A stretch of 64,000 nt of DNA from Actinomycetes bacterium (GCA_021785695.1 JAJYEQ010000004.1:11840-75839); one strand, 5' to 3'; counted from the stretch's first letter, positions 54,846-64,000 are shown. Numbers and translations are program-made. Notes: generated from the sequence alone by a model not told the origin.

Positions 54846-56857
54846 GAGAACAGGAAGCCCTGGGACAGGGCGCAGCCGGCCGCGCGCAGGCGGGCCAGGT
54901 CGTCGCTCGTCTCGATCCCCTGGGCCACGACGTCGATACCGGCGCGATGGCCGAGGGTCACGATGACCTCGACCAGTGCGTCGCGCAGGCTGGCGCCCGT
55001 GGGGGGGCGGATCAGGGAGCGGTCGATCTTCACGAAGCGCAGGTCCAGATGCAGCAGCTGGGCGAGCGAGGCCAGGCCGTCACCGAAGCCGTCGAGGGCA
55101 CAGCCCACGCCGAGGAGGCGCAGCTCGTCGACGACCAGGGACGCGCGGGCCGCGTCCTCGAGGGCTGCGCGCTCGGGGATCTCGATCACCAGCCGGCTCG
55201 GCTCCAGCGCGCTGTCGACCAGGGCGGTCCTTACCCGACTGGCGAGCTCGGGGTCGAAGAGCTGACGGGCCGACAGGTTCACGGTGACGTAGGGCCCGTC
55301 GGGCGCGCTCGACCAGCTGGCGGCCGCGCGCGTGGCCTCGCGCAGGGCGAAGGACCCGAGATCGCCGATGAGATCGGTCGACTCGGCGAGGCTCAAGAAC
55401 TCGGAGGGCGAGATCCAGCCGCGCTCGTGGTGGCGCCAGCGCATGAGGGCCTCGAAGCCCACAGCCGTCGTCGTCGCGGCCGAGACAATGGGCTGGAAGT
55501 GCATGGACAAGGAGCCGTCGCTCAGGGCGTCGCGCAGGGCCTGCAGGTCGTGACCACGTCCCGCGTGGCTCTGGTGGAGACGGGGGGAGAAGACGACGTA
55601 GCGGTTGCGCCCGAGCCGCTTGGCCTCGTAGAGGGCGAGATCAGCCTGCTCGAGGATGGCCAGATCGTCGGGTGACTCGATGTCCCAGGTCGCCACGCCG
55701 ATGCTGGCGTGCTGCTGCAGGCTGAGACCCATGATGGTGAAAGGTCGCTCGAGCGCGCCGAGCAGGCGCTCGGCGATGCGGCGGACCTGCTCGGCCTGGT
55801 GCACGCCCTCGACCAGGTAGACGAACTCGTCGCCCCCGAAGCGGCACAGGGTGTCGGCGGTGCGGGCGACCTCCTCGAGGCGTCGGGCCACGGCGATGAG
55901 GACCTGGTCGCCGATGAGGTGGCCGTGCGAGTCGTTGACGTCCTTGAAGTCGTCGAGGTCGACCATCAGGATCGCGCCGAAGCCGCCCTGGCGCGTGATC
56001 TTGGCGCGGGCGCGGGCCAGGCGGTCCTCGAGCAGGGCGCGGTTGGCCAGCCCGGTCAGGGGGTCGTGGAGGGCCTGGTGGGCCAGCTGGGCCGTCAGGG
56101 ACCGCTCCTCGGTGACGTCGCGCTCGCTGATCACGTTGAAGAGCAGGTGGCCGCTCGCGTCGTAGGCGGCGCGCCGGGCGACCTCGACCACCAGCACCCG
56201 GCCGTCGCGGTGCACGTAGCGCTTGACGTAGTGCTCCGCGTCGACCTCGCGGCGGCGCACGCGCTCCAGGGAGGCCTCGGTCAGGCCCAGGTCCAGGGGA
56301 TACGTGAACAACGTTGAGTCCTGGCCGAGCAGCTCGTCGCGGGTGCGTCCCAGGAGGTCGCAGAACGCGTCGTTGGCCGCGAGGATCCGGTCGTGGTCGT
56401 CGGTGAACACGATCGGGGCCACCGAGATGTCGAAGGCCAGCCGGTAGCGCAGATCCGAGTCACTGTGCAGGCTGGTGCGATGCAGGTCGTCCAGGTCGCG
56501 CACGATGGCCAGCGACATCGGCTCGCCGTCCAGGGTGATCTGCGACAGGGCGATGTCGACTTCCCGCAGGGTCCCGTCGCGGGTGGCCAGAGCGAGGTGC
56601 GTATGCGAGCCGAACGGTCGACTCTGGGCGCCCTCGAGGAACTTCTCGCGCGCCAGCACGTGGTCGCCCGCGACCTTCTGGGGCACCAGGAGCTCCACGG
56701 ACGCTCCGATCAGGTCGGACACCCCATAGCCGGTGTAGGACGCCAGGGCCTCGTTGGCCATGGCGATGTACCCGTCCGCGTTGACCAGGAGCGCGCCGTC
56801 GGGAATCGACGATAGGAAGAGCTGCCACCCGTCTGCTGAGTCGACCGACTCGCTCAC
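54725..56857 (-). CDS. PAS-PAS-GGDEF-EAL protein
   Basis: Two PAS-like modules, RFGGDEF with the I-site RTAD, and an EAL domain with FEALMRW. The GTG at 56857 is preceded by AAGGTGG. The track start at 57034 would run into the neighbouring gene. Confidence 0.88.
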   Translation of the reverse strand: MSESVDSADGWQLFLSSIPDGALLVNADGYIAMANEALASYTGYGVSDLIGASVELLVPQKVAGDHVLAREKFLEGAQSRPFGSHTHLALATRDGTLREVDIALSQITLDGEPMSLAIVRDLDDLHRTSLHSDSDLRYRLAFDISVAPIVFTDDHDRILAANDAFCDLLGRTRDELLGQDSTLFTYPLDLGLTEASLERVRRREVDAEHYVKRYVHRDGRVLVVEVARRAAYDASGHLLFNVISERDVTEERSLTAQLAHQALHDPLTGLANRALLEDRLARARAKITRQGGFGAILMVDLDDFKDVNDSHGHLIGDQVLIAVARRLEEVARTADTLCRFGGDEFVYLVEGVHQAEQVRRIAERLLGALERPFTIMGLSLQQHASIGVATWDIESPDDLAILEQADLALYEAKRLGRNRYVVFSPRLHQSHAGRGHDLQALRDALSDGSLSMHFQPIVSAATTTAVGFEALMRWRHHERGWISPSEFLSLAESTDLIGDLGSFALREATRAAASWSSAPDGPYVTVNLSARQLFDPELASRVRTALVDSALEPSRLVIEIPERAALEDAARASLVVDELRLLGVGCALDGFGDGLASLAQLLHLDLRFVKIDRSLIRPPTGASLRDALVEVIVTLGHRAGIDVVAQGIETSDDLARLRAAGCALSQGFLFSQAVPLSEVSTLMGMPLGVEDSKVNPSSMSAIQASATSAS

Positions 56858-56970
56858 ATCCGCCCACCTTCGCGCAGCCGGCACACCCCGGGCGCAACCT
56901 GACCACACTAGCAGCGGGAGCTTTGGGCCCAGGGGACGCCCGGGCGCCGTCGGCGACTCGGCCGGCGCTC

Positions 56971-58152
56971 TCAGCGAGCGTCGGCGTCGGCGCGGTCCAG
57001 CGCGACCAGGAAGTCGCCCACGGCCCGGTTCCACGAGGTGGGCTCCTCGAAGTAGGCCGAGTGCCCCGCCTCGGTGATCTCCACGACGCGGGCGTCGGGA
57101 AGGGCTTCGGCCACCGCGCGCATGACCGAGGGCGGGAAGATCCGGTCGTGGTCACCGACCACGCACAGCACCGGCATCGAGAGTCGGGCGGCCTCGGCGG
57201 GGCCGTAGGTCGCGTGCACCAGGCGGTCGATCATCGTCGCGGGGTCCACCGACCCCATAGCTCCGACCATCTGGTACAGGTGGGCGAGGGCCGGCGCGCG
57301 GTGGCGGAAGGTCGCGCCGAGGGCGGGATGGTCGCCCAGCACCTCGTGCTCGGGGTCGCGGGCCGCGTCGCGGGCCAGCGTGGCGATGACGGCGTCGGTC
57401 ACGATGCCGCCGATGGAGTCGGTGAGGATCACCGAGCGCACCAGGTGCGGCCGGGCCAGCGTGGCGCCCACGGCGGTCCATCCCCCCATCGACTGGCCGA
57501 CCAGGTCGGCGCGCTCGACCTCGAGCTCGTCGAGGATGGCCAGCAGGTCCCCGGGGGCGACCTCGGGGCCGGAGCGCTGGTCGAGATCGCTCGAGCGGCC
57601 GTAGCCGCGGTGGTCCCACGTGATGACCGGGCGATCGTGGGCCAGCGCGTGGACCTGCTGGAACCAGGAGGCGTGATTGGAGCCGGCCCCGTGGCACAGC
57701 ACCAGCGCCGGCCGCGGGCTGGAGCCACCGACCACCTCGAAGTAGAGGCGCTCGCCGTCGTGGTCGACGAAGCCGGTGCGCCGCGACAGGTCCCCGGAGG
57801 CTGGCCGCCGCGGGCGGTGCCCCACGATCTCGAAGGCCACGCGCGCGCCGGGCGGGGCCAGCGTGGCCGCCACGGTCCGCCGCGGCGGGGTCCCGGTGAA
57901 GTAGGCGCGGTAGTGGCTCGCGGCGGCGGCCTCGTCGGCGGTGGCGGCCAGGTGCGCGATCACCAGCTCGACGTCGTCCCAGGAGCTCCCGTCGGCCGCG
58001 AGTGCTCGGCCGAGTGCCGCCAGGGCCGCCCCCGTCTCGGCACCCAGGCTGTCCCCCGGGGCGCTCGTGGGGGCGATCCAGATGAGGTCGCCCGCCTCGT
58101 GCAGCGTCACGGGCGGGCTCGAGCCCTCGGTTGCGCGCGCTCGAGCCGCCAT
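56971..58152 (-). CDS. RidA/YjgF-like domain fused to an alpha/beta hydrolase
   Basis: The N-terminal 115 aa or so have the RidA pattern (GDLIWIA...WDDVELVIAHL...PPRRTVAATLAPPGARVAFEIVG). The C-terminal part has HGAGSNHASW, the nucleophile elbow GQSMGG and a late His (AGHSAYFE). Starts at the ATG at 58152. Confidence 0.75.
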   Translation of the reverse strand: MAARARATEGSSPPVTLHEAGDLIWIAPTSAPGDSLGAETGAALAALGRALAADGSSWDDVELVIAHLAATADEAAAASHYRAYFTGTPPRRTVAATLAPPGARVAFEIVGHRPRRPASGDLSRRTGFVDHDGERLYFEVVGGSSPRPALVLCHGAGSNHASWFQQVHALAHDRPVITWDHRGYGRSSDLDQRSGPEVAPGDLLAILDELEVERADLVGQSMGGWTAVGATLARPHLVRSVILTDSIGGIVTDAVIATLARDAARDPEHEVLGDHPALGATFRHRAPALAHLYQMVGAMGSVDPATMIDRLVHATYGPAEAARLSMPVLCVVGDHDRIFPPSVMRAVAEALPDARVVEITEAGHSAYFEEPTSWNRAVGDFLVALDRADADAR

Positions 58153-58239
58153 GGCCTCATCCTGCCACGCGCACTCGCGGACCGGGACTTCGCGCGAGGC
58201 CGGGATCCGGTGTAGACCTGGGGGGTCGGGGGGTGGTGC

Positions 58240-58776
58240 GTGGACGCTCGAACGAGGCGAGGATGGGCGGCGCGGGGTGCTGCAGCGGTGGTGCTTCTGG
58301 CAGCAGCGCCGCTCCTCGCCAGCTCGGCGTCGGCCCGAGCGGCCGGCGTGCCCGCCTGCACCTCCGCCCAGCTGGTGGTGCGCGTGGGCCGTCCCTCGGG
58401 GACGGCCGGGACGATCTACTACCCCCTGGTGCTCACCAACCGGCGCACGACGTGCGTGCTGTGGGGCGTTCCGGCCATCCAGCCAGTCGCCGGCCCCACG
58501 GGCCGTTCGGTCGGCCCGCCGGCGCGCAACGCCAGCATCGGTGAGATGCCCGCCCGCCACGTCGTGGCGCGAGGCGCCTCCGTGTCAGTCGCCTGGGGCG
58601 TGAGCGAGGTCGGCAACTACCCGCCCGCGCGCTGCCGCGCGGCCCACGCGTGGGGCGTCGTCATCGCGCTGCGACCGTTCCTGACGCCGCGCCGGGTGCG
58701 CCTGGCGAGCGCCGTGTGCACCCGCCAGCCGAGCACCACGACGCGCCTGGTGACTCCGGGAGTCACGGGCACCTGA
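58240..58776 (+). CDS. secreted DUF4232-like protein
   Basis: Signal peptide (AAAVVLLAAAPLLASSASARA), then C..QL and conserved Cys spacing reminiscent of DUF4232 from actinobacteria. Confidence 0.6.
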   Translation: MDARTRRGWAARGAAAVVLLAAAPLLASSASARAAGVPACTSAQLVVRVGRPSGTAGTIYYPLVLTNRRTTCVLWGVPAIQPVAGPTGRSVGPPARNASIGEMPARHVVARGASVSVAWGVSEVGNYPPARCRAAHAWGVVIALRPFLTPRRVRLASAVCTRQPSTTTRLVTPGVTGT

Positions 58777-58826
58777 CGCGACCGCCACCACGGGCCTACC
58801 ATCGGGCCCAGAGAAGGGAGAAACCC

Positions 58827-60524
58827 ATGCCGACCCCGACCGAGGAGTTCCGAGCGGCCCGCGATCAGTTGCAGGACCTGCGCGAAGACTACGACGGTGC
58901 CCGCAGTCGCTTCGCCTGGCCCCGCCCCGCGACGTTCAACTTCGCGCGCGACTGGTTCGACGCGGTTCTCGCCCACGAGACCCCCGATCAGCCCGGCCTG
59001 GTGGTGATCGAGGAGGACGGGTCGGCCACCAGCTACAGCTTCGCGGAGCTCTCGACGAGGTCGCACCAGCTGGCGTCCTGGCTGCGCGATCAGGGTGTCA
59101 GCCGGGGGATGCGGGTCCTGGTCCTGCTGGGCAACCAGGTCGAGCTGTGGGAGGTGACACTCGCCATCTTGCAGCTGGGCGCCGTGATGATCCCGGCGAC
59201 GACGCTGCTCACCTCGAGTGACCTGCAAGATCGCATCGACCGGGCGAGCGCCGGGGCGGTGATCGCCCAGGCCGACGTGACGGCGCGCTTCGCCAACGTG
59301 TCGGGCAGTTACGTCCGGGTCTCGGTGGGCGGTCCCTCGGCGGGCTGGCTCGACATCGCCGATGCTCGCCAGGCCAGCGCGGACTTCGTGCCCGAGGCCC
59401 CCACGGCCGCCGACGACCCGTTCCTCATCTACTTCACCTCGGGCACCACGGCGCTGCCCAAGATGGTCGGGCACACGCACGCCAGCTATCCGATGGGGCA
59501 CCTCTCGACGATGTACTGGATCGGGATCCGCCCCGGTGACGTGCACCTCAACGTGTCGAGTCCCGGCTGGGCCAAGCACGCCTGGTCGTCCATGTTCGCC
59601 CCCTGGATCGCCGGGGCCACCATCGCGGTGTACAACTACGCGCGCTTCGACGCCGCGGCCATGCTCCAGGTCCTCGTCGACCAGCACGTGACCACGTTCT
59701 GCGCACCCCCGACGGTGTGGCGCATGCTCATCCAGCAGGACCTGGCTCACTACGCGACCAGCCTGCGCGAGCTGGCCAGCGCGGGCGAGCCGCTCAATCC
59801 CGAGGTCATCGAGGCCGTCCAGCGTGCCTGGGGCATGACCATCCGTGACGGCTTCGGCCAGACCGAGACCACGGTGCAGATCGGCAACTCGCCCGGCCAG
59901 CCGGTGATCGCGGGCTCCATGGGCCGCCCCATCCCGGGCTACGACATCGAGCTCGTCGACCCGATCAGCGGCGAGGTCGGCGACGACGGGGAGATCTGCG
60001 TCTCCCTGGCCGGCGAGCGGCCCCTGGGCCTGATGACCGGGTATCGCACCTCCACGGGAGCCGACGACGCGCGCAACGCCGCGGCCTTCGCCGGCGGTCA
60101 CTACCACACCGGGGACATCGCCCACCGCGACGAGAGCGGCTACATCACCTACATCGGCCGGGCCGACGACGTCTTCAAGGCCAGCGACTACCGCATCAGC
60201 CCCTTCGAGCTCGAGAGCGTGCTGATCGAGCACCCCGCCGTGGCCGAGGCCGCCGTCGTGCCGGCGCCCGACGCGATGCGCCTGGCGGTGCCCAAGGCGT
60301 TCGTGTCGCTGGTGGCGGGCTACGAGCCGAGCCCCGAGCTGGCCCGCGACATCCTGGCCTACGCCCGTGACCACCTGGCCCCCTACAAGCGGGTGCGGCG
60401 CCTGGAGTTCGCCGAGCTGCCCAAGACCATCAGCGGCAAGATCCGGCGCGTCGACCTGCGCACGGCCGAGCAGGCGCGCGAGGGCCGGGCGCCGACCGAG
60501 TACCGCGAGGAGGACTTCGCCTAG
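58827..60524 (+). CDS. AMP-forming acyl-CoA synthetase (medium-chain/ACSM-like)
   Basis: AMP-binding motif YFTSGTTALPKMV, then GYRT..G...TGD and the C-terminal ISGKIRR. The ATG at 58827 follows GAAGGGAG. Confidence 0.88.
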   Translation: MPTPTEEFRAARDQLQDLREDYDGARSRFAWPRPATFNFARDWFDAVLAHETPDQPGLVVIEEDGSATSYSFAELSTRSHQLASWLRDQGVSRGMRVLVLLGNQVELWEVTLAILQLGAVMIPATTLLTSSDLQDRIDRASAGAVIAQADVTARFANVSGSYVRVSVGGPSAGWLDIADARQASADFVPEAPTAADDPFLIYFTSGTTALPKMVGHTHASYPMGHLSTMYWIGIRPGDVHLNVSSPGWAKHAWSSMFAPWIAGATIAVYNYARFDAAAMLQVLVDQHVTTFCAPPTVWRMLIQQDLAHYATSLRELASAGEPLNPEVIEAVQRAWGMTIRDGFGQTETTVQIGNSPGQPVIAGSMGRPIPGYDIELVDPISGEVGDDGEICVSLAGERPLGLMTGYRTSTGADDARNAAAFAGGHYHTGDIAHRDESGYITYIGRADDVFKASDYRISPFELESVLIEHPAVAEAAVVPAPDAMRLAVPKAFVSLVAGYEPSPELARDILAYARDHLAPYKRVRRLEFAELPKTISGKIRRVDLRTAEQAREGRAPTEYREEDFA

Positions 60525-60561
60525 CAGCGGGGCCCGCCGACCCACCAGCGAGGAGAGCAGC

Positions 60562-61350
60562 ATGCCAGAGTCGATCAGTGACGCCCCGGCCTTCGCCGAC
60601 AGCGGCGCGACCGGGGTGGCGCACCGCATCGTGGGCACGACCATGCCGGTCCTCGAGGTCGAGCTCCAAGACGGCCAGTCCGTCGTCTCCCAGGGGGGCG
60701 AGCTGTCGTGGATGAGCCCCCACGTGCAACTCACCACCGCCACGGCCGGTGCCGGCGCCTCGGGCGTGATGGGTGTCCTCAAGCGCGTGGCCGCCGGCGG
60801 GACGGTCTTCCTGACCCGCTACCAGGCGACCGGGGCCAGCGCGCGCATCGCCTTTGCGGCCAAGATGCCCGGCCACATCCGGCCGGTCCCGGTGGACGCC
60901 GAGCACGAGTACCTGGTCTCGCGCCACGGCTTCCTGGCCGCGACCGCCGACGTGACCCTGGCACTCGGCTTCCAGCAGAAGCTCGGGGCGGGGATCTTCT
61001 CGGGCAACGGCTTCCTGCTCCAGCGCATCGGGGGCCACGGGACCGCCTGGGTCGAGCTGTCGGGCGAGCTCATCACCTACCGGCTCGCCGCGGGTGAGAC
61101 CCTGCTGGTGCACCCGGGCCACATCGGGCTCTTCGACGCCTCGGTGCGCCTGGACATCCAGATGGTCAAGGGCATCAAGAACATCATCTTCGGGGCCGAG
61201 ACCCTGTTCCTGGCCCAGCTGACCGGGCCGGGCGAGGTTCACCTGCAGAGCCTGACCCTGCCCGGCCTGGCTCAGGCGATCGGGCCGTACCTGGCGTCGG
61301 GCGAGGCCGGCAAGACGGGCTTCGGGGGGCTGCCCTTCAACATCGGCTAG
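60562..61350 (+). CDS. TIGR00266/DUF124 (AIM24-like) family protein
   Basis: 262 aa. L.V.L..G.....GG.L.WMS, GNGFLLQR..G.G..W....G and FLAQLTGPG..HLQSL blocks match my recollection of this family. Confidence 0.65.
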   Translation: MPESISDAPAFADSGATGVAHRIVGTTMPVLEVELQDGQSVVSQGGELSWMSPHVQLTTATAGAGASGVMGVLKRVAAGGTVFLTRYQATGASARIAFAAKMPGHIRPVPVDAEHEYLVSRHGFLAATADVTLALGFQQKLGAGIFSGNGFLLQRIGGHGTAWVELSGELITYRLAAGETLLVHPGHIGLFDASVRLDIQMVKGIKNIIFGAETLFLAQLTGPGEVHLQSLTLPGLAQAIGPYLASGEAGKTGFGGLPFNIG

Positions 61351-61394
61351 ACGCCCCGTTGGCCGTTGCGACCCGCGGCCTAGACTGGGCACCC

Positions 61395-63269
61395 ATGTCA
61401 GACAGCGGGGGGACCGGGGACCAGCGACCTACCGACGACCTCGACGCGATGCTCTTCGGGGAGGGCTACCCCGTCGGCCTCCCGGTTCACGAGGTGGCCG
61501 TCGAGCCCCACCTGCGCAACCGCCGCACCGTCCACATCCCCGCCCAGCTCCAGCTGCTCCAGGAGCTGGTGCACTTCAAGCCGAGCCACAGCCGGTGGCG
61601 CATCACCAAGGACCTCGTCGGCCTGGTGCGGGGGGGCCACGCCGGCGAGAAGGACGAGTCCTACTTCGACAAGCTGCGCCGCGAGACGCGGCGCGGCAAG
61701 TCCGAGTCCTCGACCTACGGCACCGCCACCCTCGAGGGCCGGCCCGTCGTCCTGTACGCCATGAACTGGGACTTCTTCGCCGGCTCGCTCGGCGTGATCT
61801 CGGGCGAGGTGTTCCAGCAGGCGACCGACCTGGCGGCCTCCCGGCACCTGCCCCTGGTCGCGGTCTACGCGAGCAGCGGCGTGCGCCAGCACGAGAACTT
61901 CGCCGGCCTGACCCAGATGACCCGCATGGTCGAGGCGATCCGCGTCTACAAGGAGCGCGTGTCCCTGCCCCACGTGGCGGTCCTGCTGGGCAACGTCTGG
62001 GGCGGGGTCTCGGCCAGCGCCGTGCCCAACGCCGACATCATCGTGGCGACCTCGGGGACCAACTTCGGCTTCGCGGGTCCCAACGTGATCGAGGCCTTCG
62101 AGGGCACCGCGGTGCCCTCGTCCTCCCAGAGCGCCGAGGCCAACCTGATGGACCGCAACATCGACGCGGTCATCTCCGACGTGGCCGAGCTCGTCGACTA
62201 CCTGGCACGTCTCTACGCCGTCTCGGCGCCCGCCGACAAGCGCCCCGAGCTCAACCGGGAGACCGAGACGCTGATCCACAACGTCACCGCGGTCGACCAG
62301 CGCCGGGTCTTCTCCTTCGGTGCGCCGGGCATCCACGGCCCGCGCTTCGACGACGTGACCGGCGCCCCGGACCTGGTGCCCGCCGCGCAGCGCCCGCCGG
62401 TCCCCACCGAGCGCGCCGACGCGCTGCTCGAGCAGTACCAGGACCTGATCGTCGACGCCAACCGCGTCGACCTCGAGTTCCTGGTGCGCTACGCCTTCAC
62501 CGACTCGGTCGCGCTCTACAACCACGTCCAGGAGCCGGGCCTGCGCCACTACCCGGCGATCGTCACGGCCTTCGCGCGCCTCGGCCCCCAGCCCTTCCTG
62601 GTCCTGGGCACCCAGCCCTCGTACCAGCGGGTGGGCGACGCCGTGCTCAAGCGTCCGGCCAACCCCGGACCCGAGGACTTCGCCCACCTGCACCGATCCC
62701 TCGAGGTGGGCGCGCGCCTCGGCCTGCCGGCCCTCTTCGTGACCGACACGCTGGGGGCCAAGCCGACCCTGGAGAGCGAGCGGCGCGGCCAGTCCCGCCT
62801 CATCGCGCGCTCGATCCTGCGCGGCATCGACTACCCGCACCCGGTGATCTCGCTGGTGGCCGGGGCGCTGGGCAGCGGCGGGGGCCTGGCGACGACCCCT
62901 ATGGCCGACCACGTCATGATGCTGGAGCGGGCCATGGCCTACGTGGCCGAGCCCCGCTCGGCGGCCTCGATCCTCTACAAGACACCGAGCCCGACGCGCG
63001 ACCAGGTCAAGATGACGCTGGCCACCATGCGCTCGACCGCCGCCGACCAGCTCGAGCTGGGCCTGATCGACGAGGTGGTCCCCGAGGACCCCAATCCCTA
63101 CGTGACCGCCGAGAACGTGCACCGCGCCGTGCTGGCGGCCTTCGTCGAGCTGCGCGAGCTCTCCGGGCGCCGCCTGCGCAGCCGGCGCCACGATCGGATC
63201 CAGGCCCTGCGGGCCTTCGACATCATCGACGACGGCGAGATCGAGGCGATCGCCGAGTCCGAGCGCTAG
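61395..63269 (+). CDS. fused acetyl/acyl-CoA carboxylase carboxyltransferase (AccD-like beta + AccA-like alpha halves)
   Basis: The N-half has MNWDFFAGSLGVISGE and ASSGVRQHE (beta-subunit-like). The C-half has LVAGALGSGGGLA...AEPRSAASILYK (alpha-subunit-like). 624 aa from the ATG at 61395. Confidence 0.75.
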   Translation: MSDSGGTGDQRPTDDLDAMLFGEGYPVGLPVHEVAVEPHLRNRRTVHIPAQLQLLQELVHFKPSHSRWRITKDLVGLVRGGHAGEKDESYFDKLRRETRRGKSESSTYGTATLEGRPVVLYAMNWDFFAGSLGVISGEVFQQATDLAASRHLPLVAVYASSGVRQHENFAGLTQMTRMVEAIRVYKERVSLPHVAVLLGNVWGGVSASAVPNADIIVATSGTNFGFAGPNVIEAFEGTAVPSSSQSAEANLMDRNIDAVISDVAELVDYLARLYAVSAPADKRPELNRETETLIHNVTAVDQRRVFSFGAPGIHGPRFDDVTGAPDLVPAAQRPPVPTERADALLEQYQDLIVDANRVDLEFLVRYAFTDSVALYNHVQEPGLRHYPAIVTAFARLGPQPFLVLGTQPSYQRVGDAVLKRPANPGPEDFAHLHRSLEVGARLGLPALFVTDTLGAKPTLESERRGQSRLIARSILRGIDYPHPVISLVAGALGSGGGLATTPMADHVMMLERAMAYVAEPRSAASILYKTPSPTRDQVKMTLATMRSTAADQLELGLIDEVVPEDPNPYVTAENVHRAVLAAFVELRELSGRRLRSRRHDRIQALRAFDIIDDGEIEAIAESER

Positions 63270-64000
63270 CCCGCGGGCGCCGTCGTCGGGGTGACCGGGG
63301 TGGCCGGCGTGACCGTCATCGGGGCCCCCGCCGGGTAGATCTCGATCCAGGTGCGACCCGGGGCCAGCGGGATGCGATGCCCGGCGCCGTCCAGGAAGAT
63401 CGTCGGCGTTCCGGCCGGGCCGTTGGTCCACGTGCCGCTGATGAGGCGCCCGTTGCGCAAGATGGTGACCCGCCCGCTGGAGTCGAGGATGTGGGACTCG
63501 GCCTCCAGGCCGCCCTGGCTGTTCTCGACCCAGGGCCCGTAGGTGATCGAGACGTCCTGGATGATGACGTTCTGGGCCTGGTTCTGGACGCCGTTGGCCA
63601 GCAGGTCGGGCACGATGTCGGGGGACGTGGTGGTGCCGTCGTTGTAGAAGCGCAACCAGGTGCCCGTCGCGGGGTTCCAGCGCCAGTAGATGTTCGAGGT
63701 GATCGACCAGTCCAGGTGCACCTGGCTGACGGCCTGCCCGGCGGGGGGGACCTGCGAGAAGGTGAAGATGGGCGCGGGCGCCTTGGCGGGTGCGCTGATC
63801 GCCGACCAGACGGCCTGGGTCGTCGTGTAGGTGTCGTAGGGGGCGTAGCGCCCCGGCGGGTTGGTCTCGAGGCTCGGGTGGGTCCCCAGGTCCACGTTGA
63901 CCAGTGAGGACGCGTTGACGACGGCCAGCACCGGCAAGATGCCCCCCACGTGCACGAAGAGCGGGTGCCCGAGCTCGCTCAGCATCTGGACGTCGGTCCA
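63266..64000 (-). CDS. DUF3048 (YerB-like) domain protein, N-terminus beyond the window edge
   Basis: The frame stays open to position 64000 upstream of the listed Met. The C-terminal part has a P/T/A-rich tail. Its stop shares the CTAG tetranucleotide (63266-63269) with the convergent carboxyltransferase stop. Family call is from memory of YerB-like proteins. Confidence 0.55.
   Translation of the reverse strand, partial: WTDVQMLSELGHPLFVHVGGILPVLAVVNASSLVNVDLGTHPSLETNPPGRYAPYDTYTTTQAVWSAISAPAKAPAPIFTFSQVPPAGQAVSQVHLDWSITSNIYWRWNPATGTWLRFYNDGTTTSPDIVPDLLANGVQNQAQNVIIQDVSITYGPWVENSQGGLEAESHILDSSGRVTILRNGRLISGTWTNGPAGTPTIFLDGAGHRIPLAPGRTWIEIYPAGAPMTVTPATPVTPTTAPAG

Noticed and set aside
63266-63269. 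CTAG tetranucleotide shared by the two convergent stop codons of the carboxyltransferase and the DUF3048 gene.
   Set aside because: This is a trivial consequence of the TAG/CTA palindrome. It has no evident regulatory meaning beyond the absence of an intergenic terminator.

Overview
Very GC-rich chromosomal window of an Actinomycetota-like organism, by gene content and composition. It is tightly packed with about 56 protein-coding genes. I found no rRNA, tRNA, CRISPR array, transposase, integrase or prophage signal. Many long R/G/P-rich ORFs in the six-frame track are antisense shadows of real genes and are ignored. Layout: (1) 1-13.9 kb is housekeeping and metabolism: psuG-psuK pseudouridine catabolism, a convergent BMP-family nucleoside ABC importer, ettA, kynureninase, purU, a 3-hydroxyacyl-CoA dehydrogenase, ppa and two tandem TetR paralogues. 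(2) 13.9-18.6 kb holds a split 2-oxoacid/acetoin-type dehydrogenase locus, with hydrolase+E2 divergent from E1alpha/E1beta. (3) 18.6-21.3 kb holds an ApbE / FMN-bind / ferric-reductase-like trio. (4) 21.4-31.1 kb holds an AidB-like ACAD, a FUSC-type membrane protein, an aldehyde dehydrogenase, a MarR / His-rich methyltransferase / MFS operon and an MpaB-like oxygenase. (5) 31.1-33.2 kb holds a GNAT / HDAC-type deacetylase / USP operon. (6) 33.4-43.3 kb holds a compact type IV pilus locus: pilB, pilC, three pilin-like genes, pilA, pilT, a DUF429-like gene and a convergent pilD. (7) 43.5-46.3 kb holds a 960-aa protein with an unknown N-terminal domain, a ThiF/E1-like domain and a nitroreductase-like domain. 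(8) 46.4-56.9 kb is a dense c-di-GMP island with 3 GGDEF, 2 EAL and 2 HD-GYP domains, plus an unknown protein and a polytopic GT-C-like membrane protein. (9) 57-64 kb holds a RidA-hydrolase fusion, DUF4232, an acyl-CoA synthetase, a TIGR00266-like protein, a fused carboxyltransferase and a partial DUF3048 gene. The most promising candidate system is the pilus locus. Its PilB carries a textbook tandem MshEN c-di-GMP-binding motif, and it sits next to the c-di-GMP island and the uncharacterised multidomain and coupled genes. All family assignments come from reading motifs in the translations; no database search was run.
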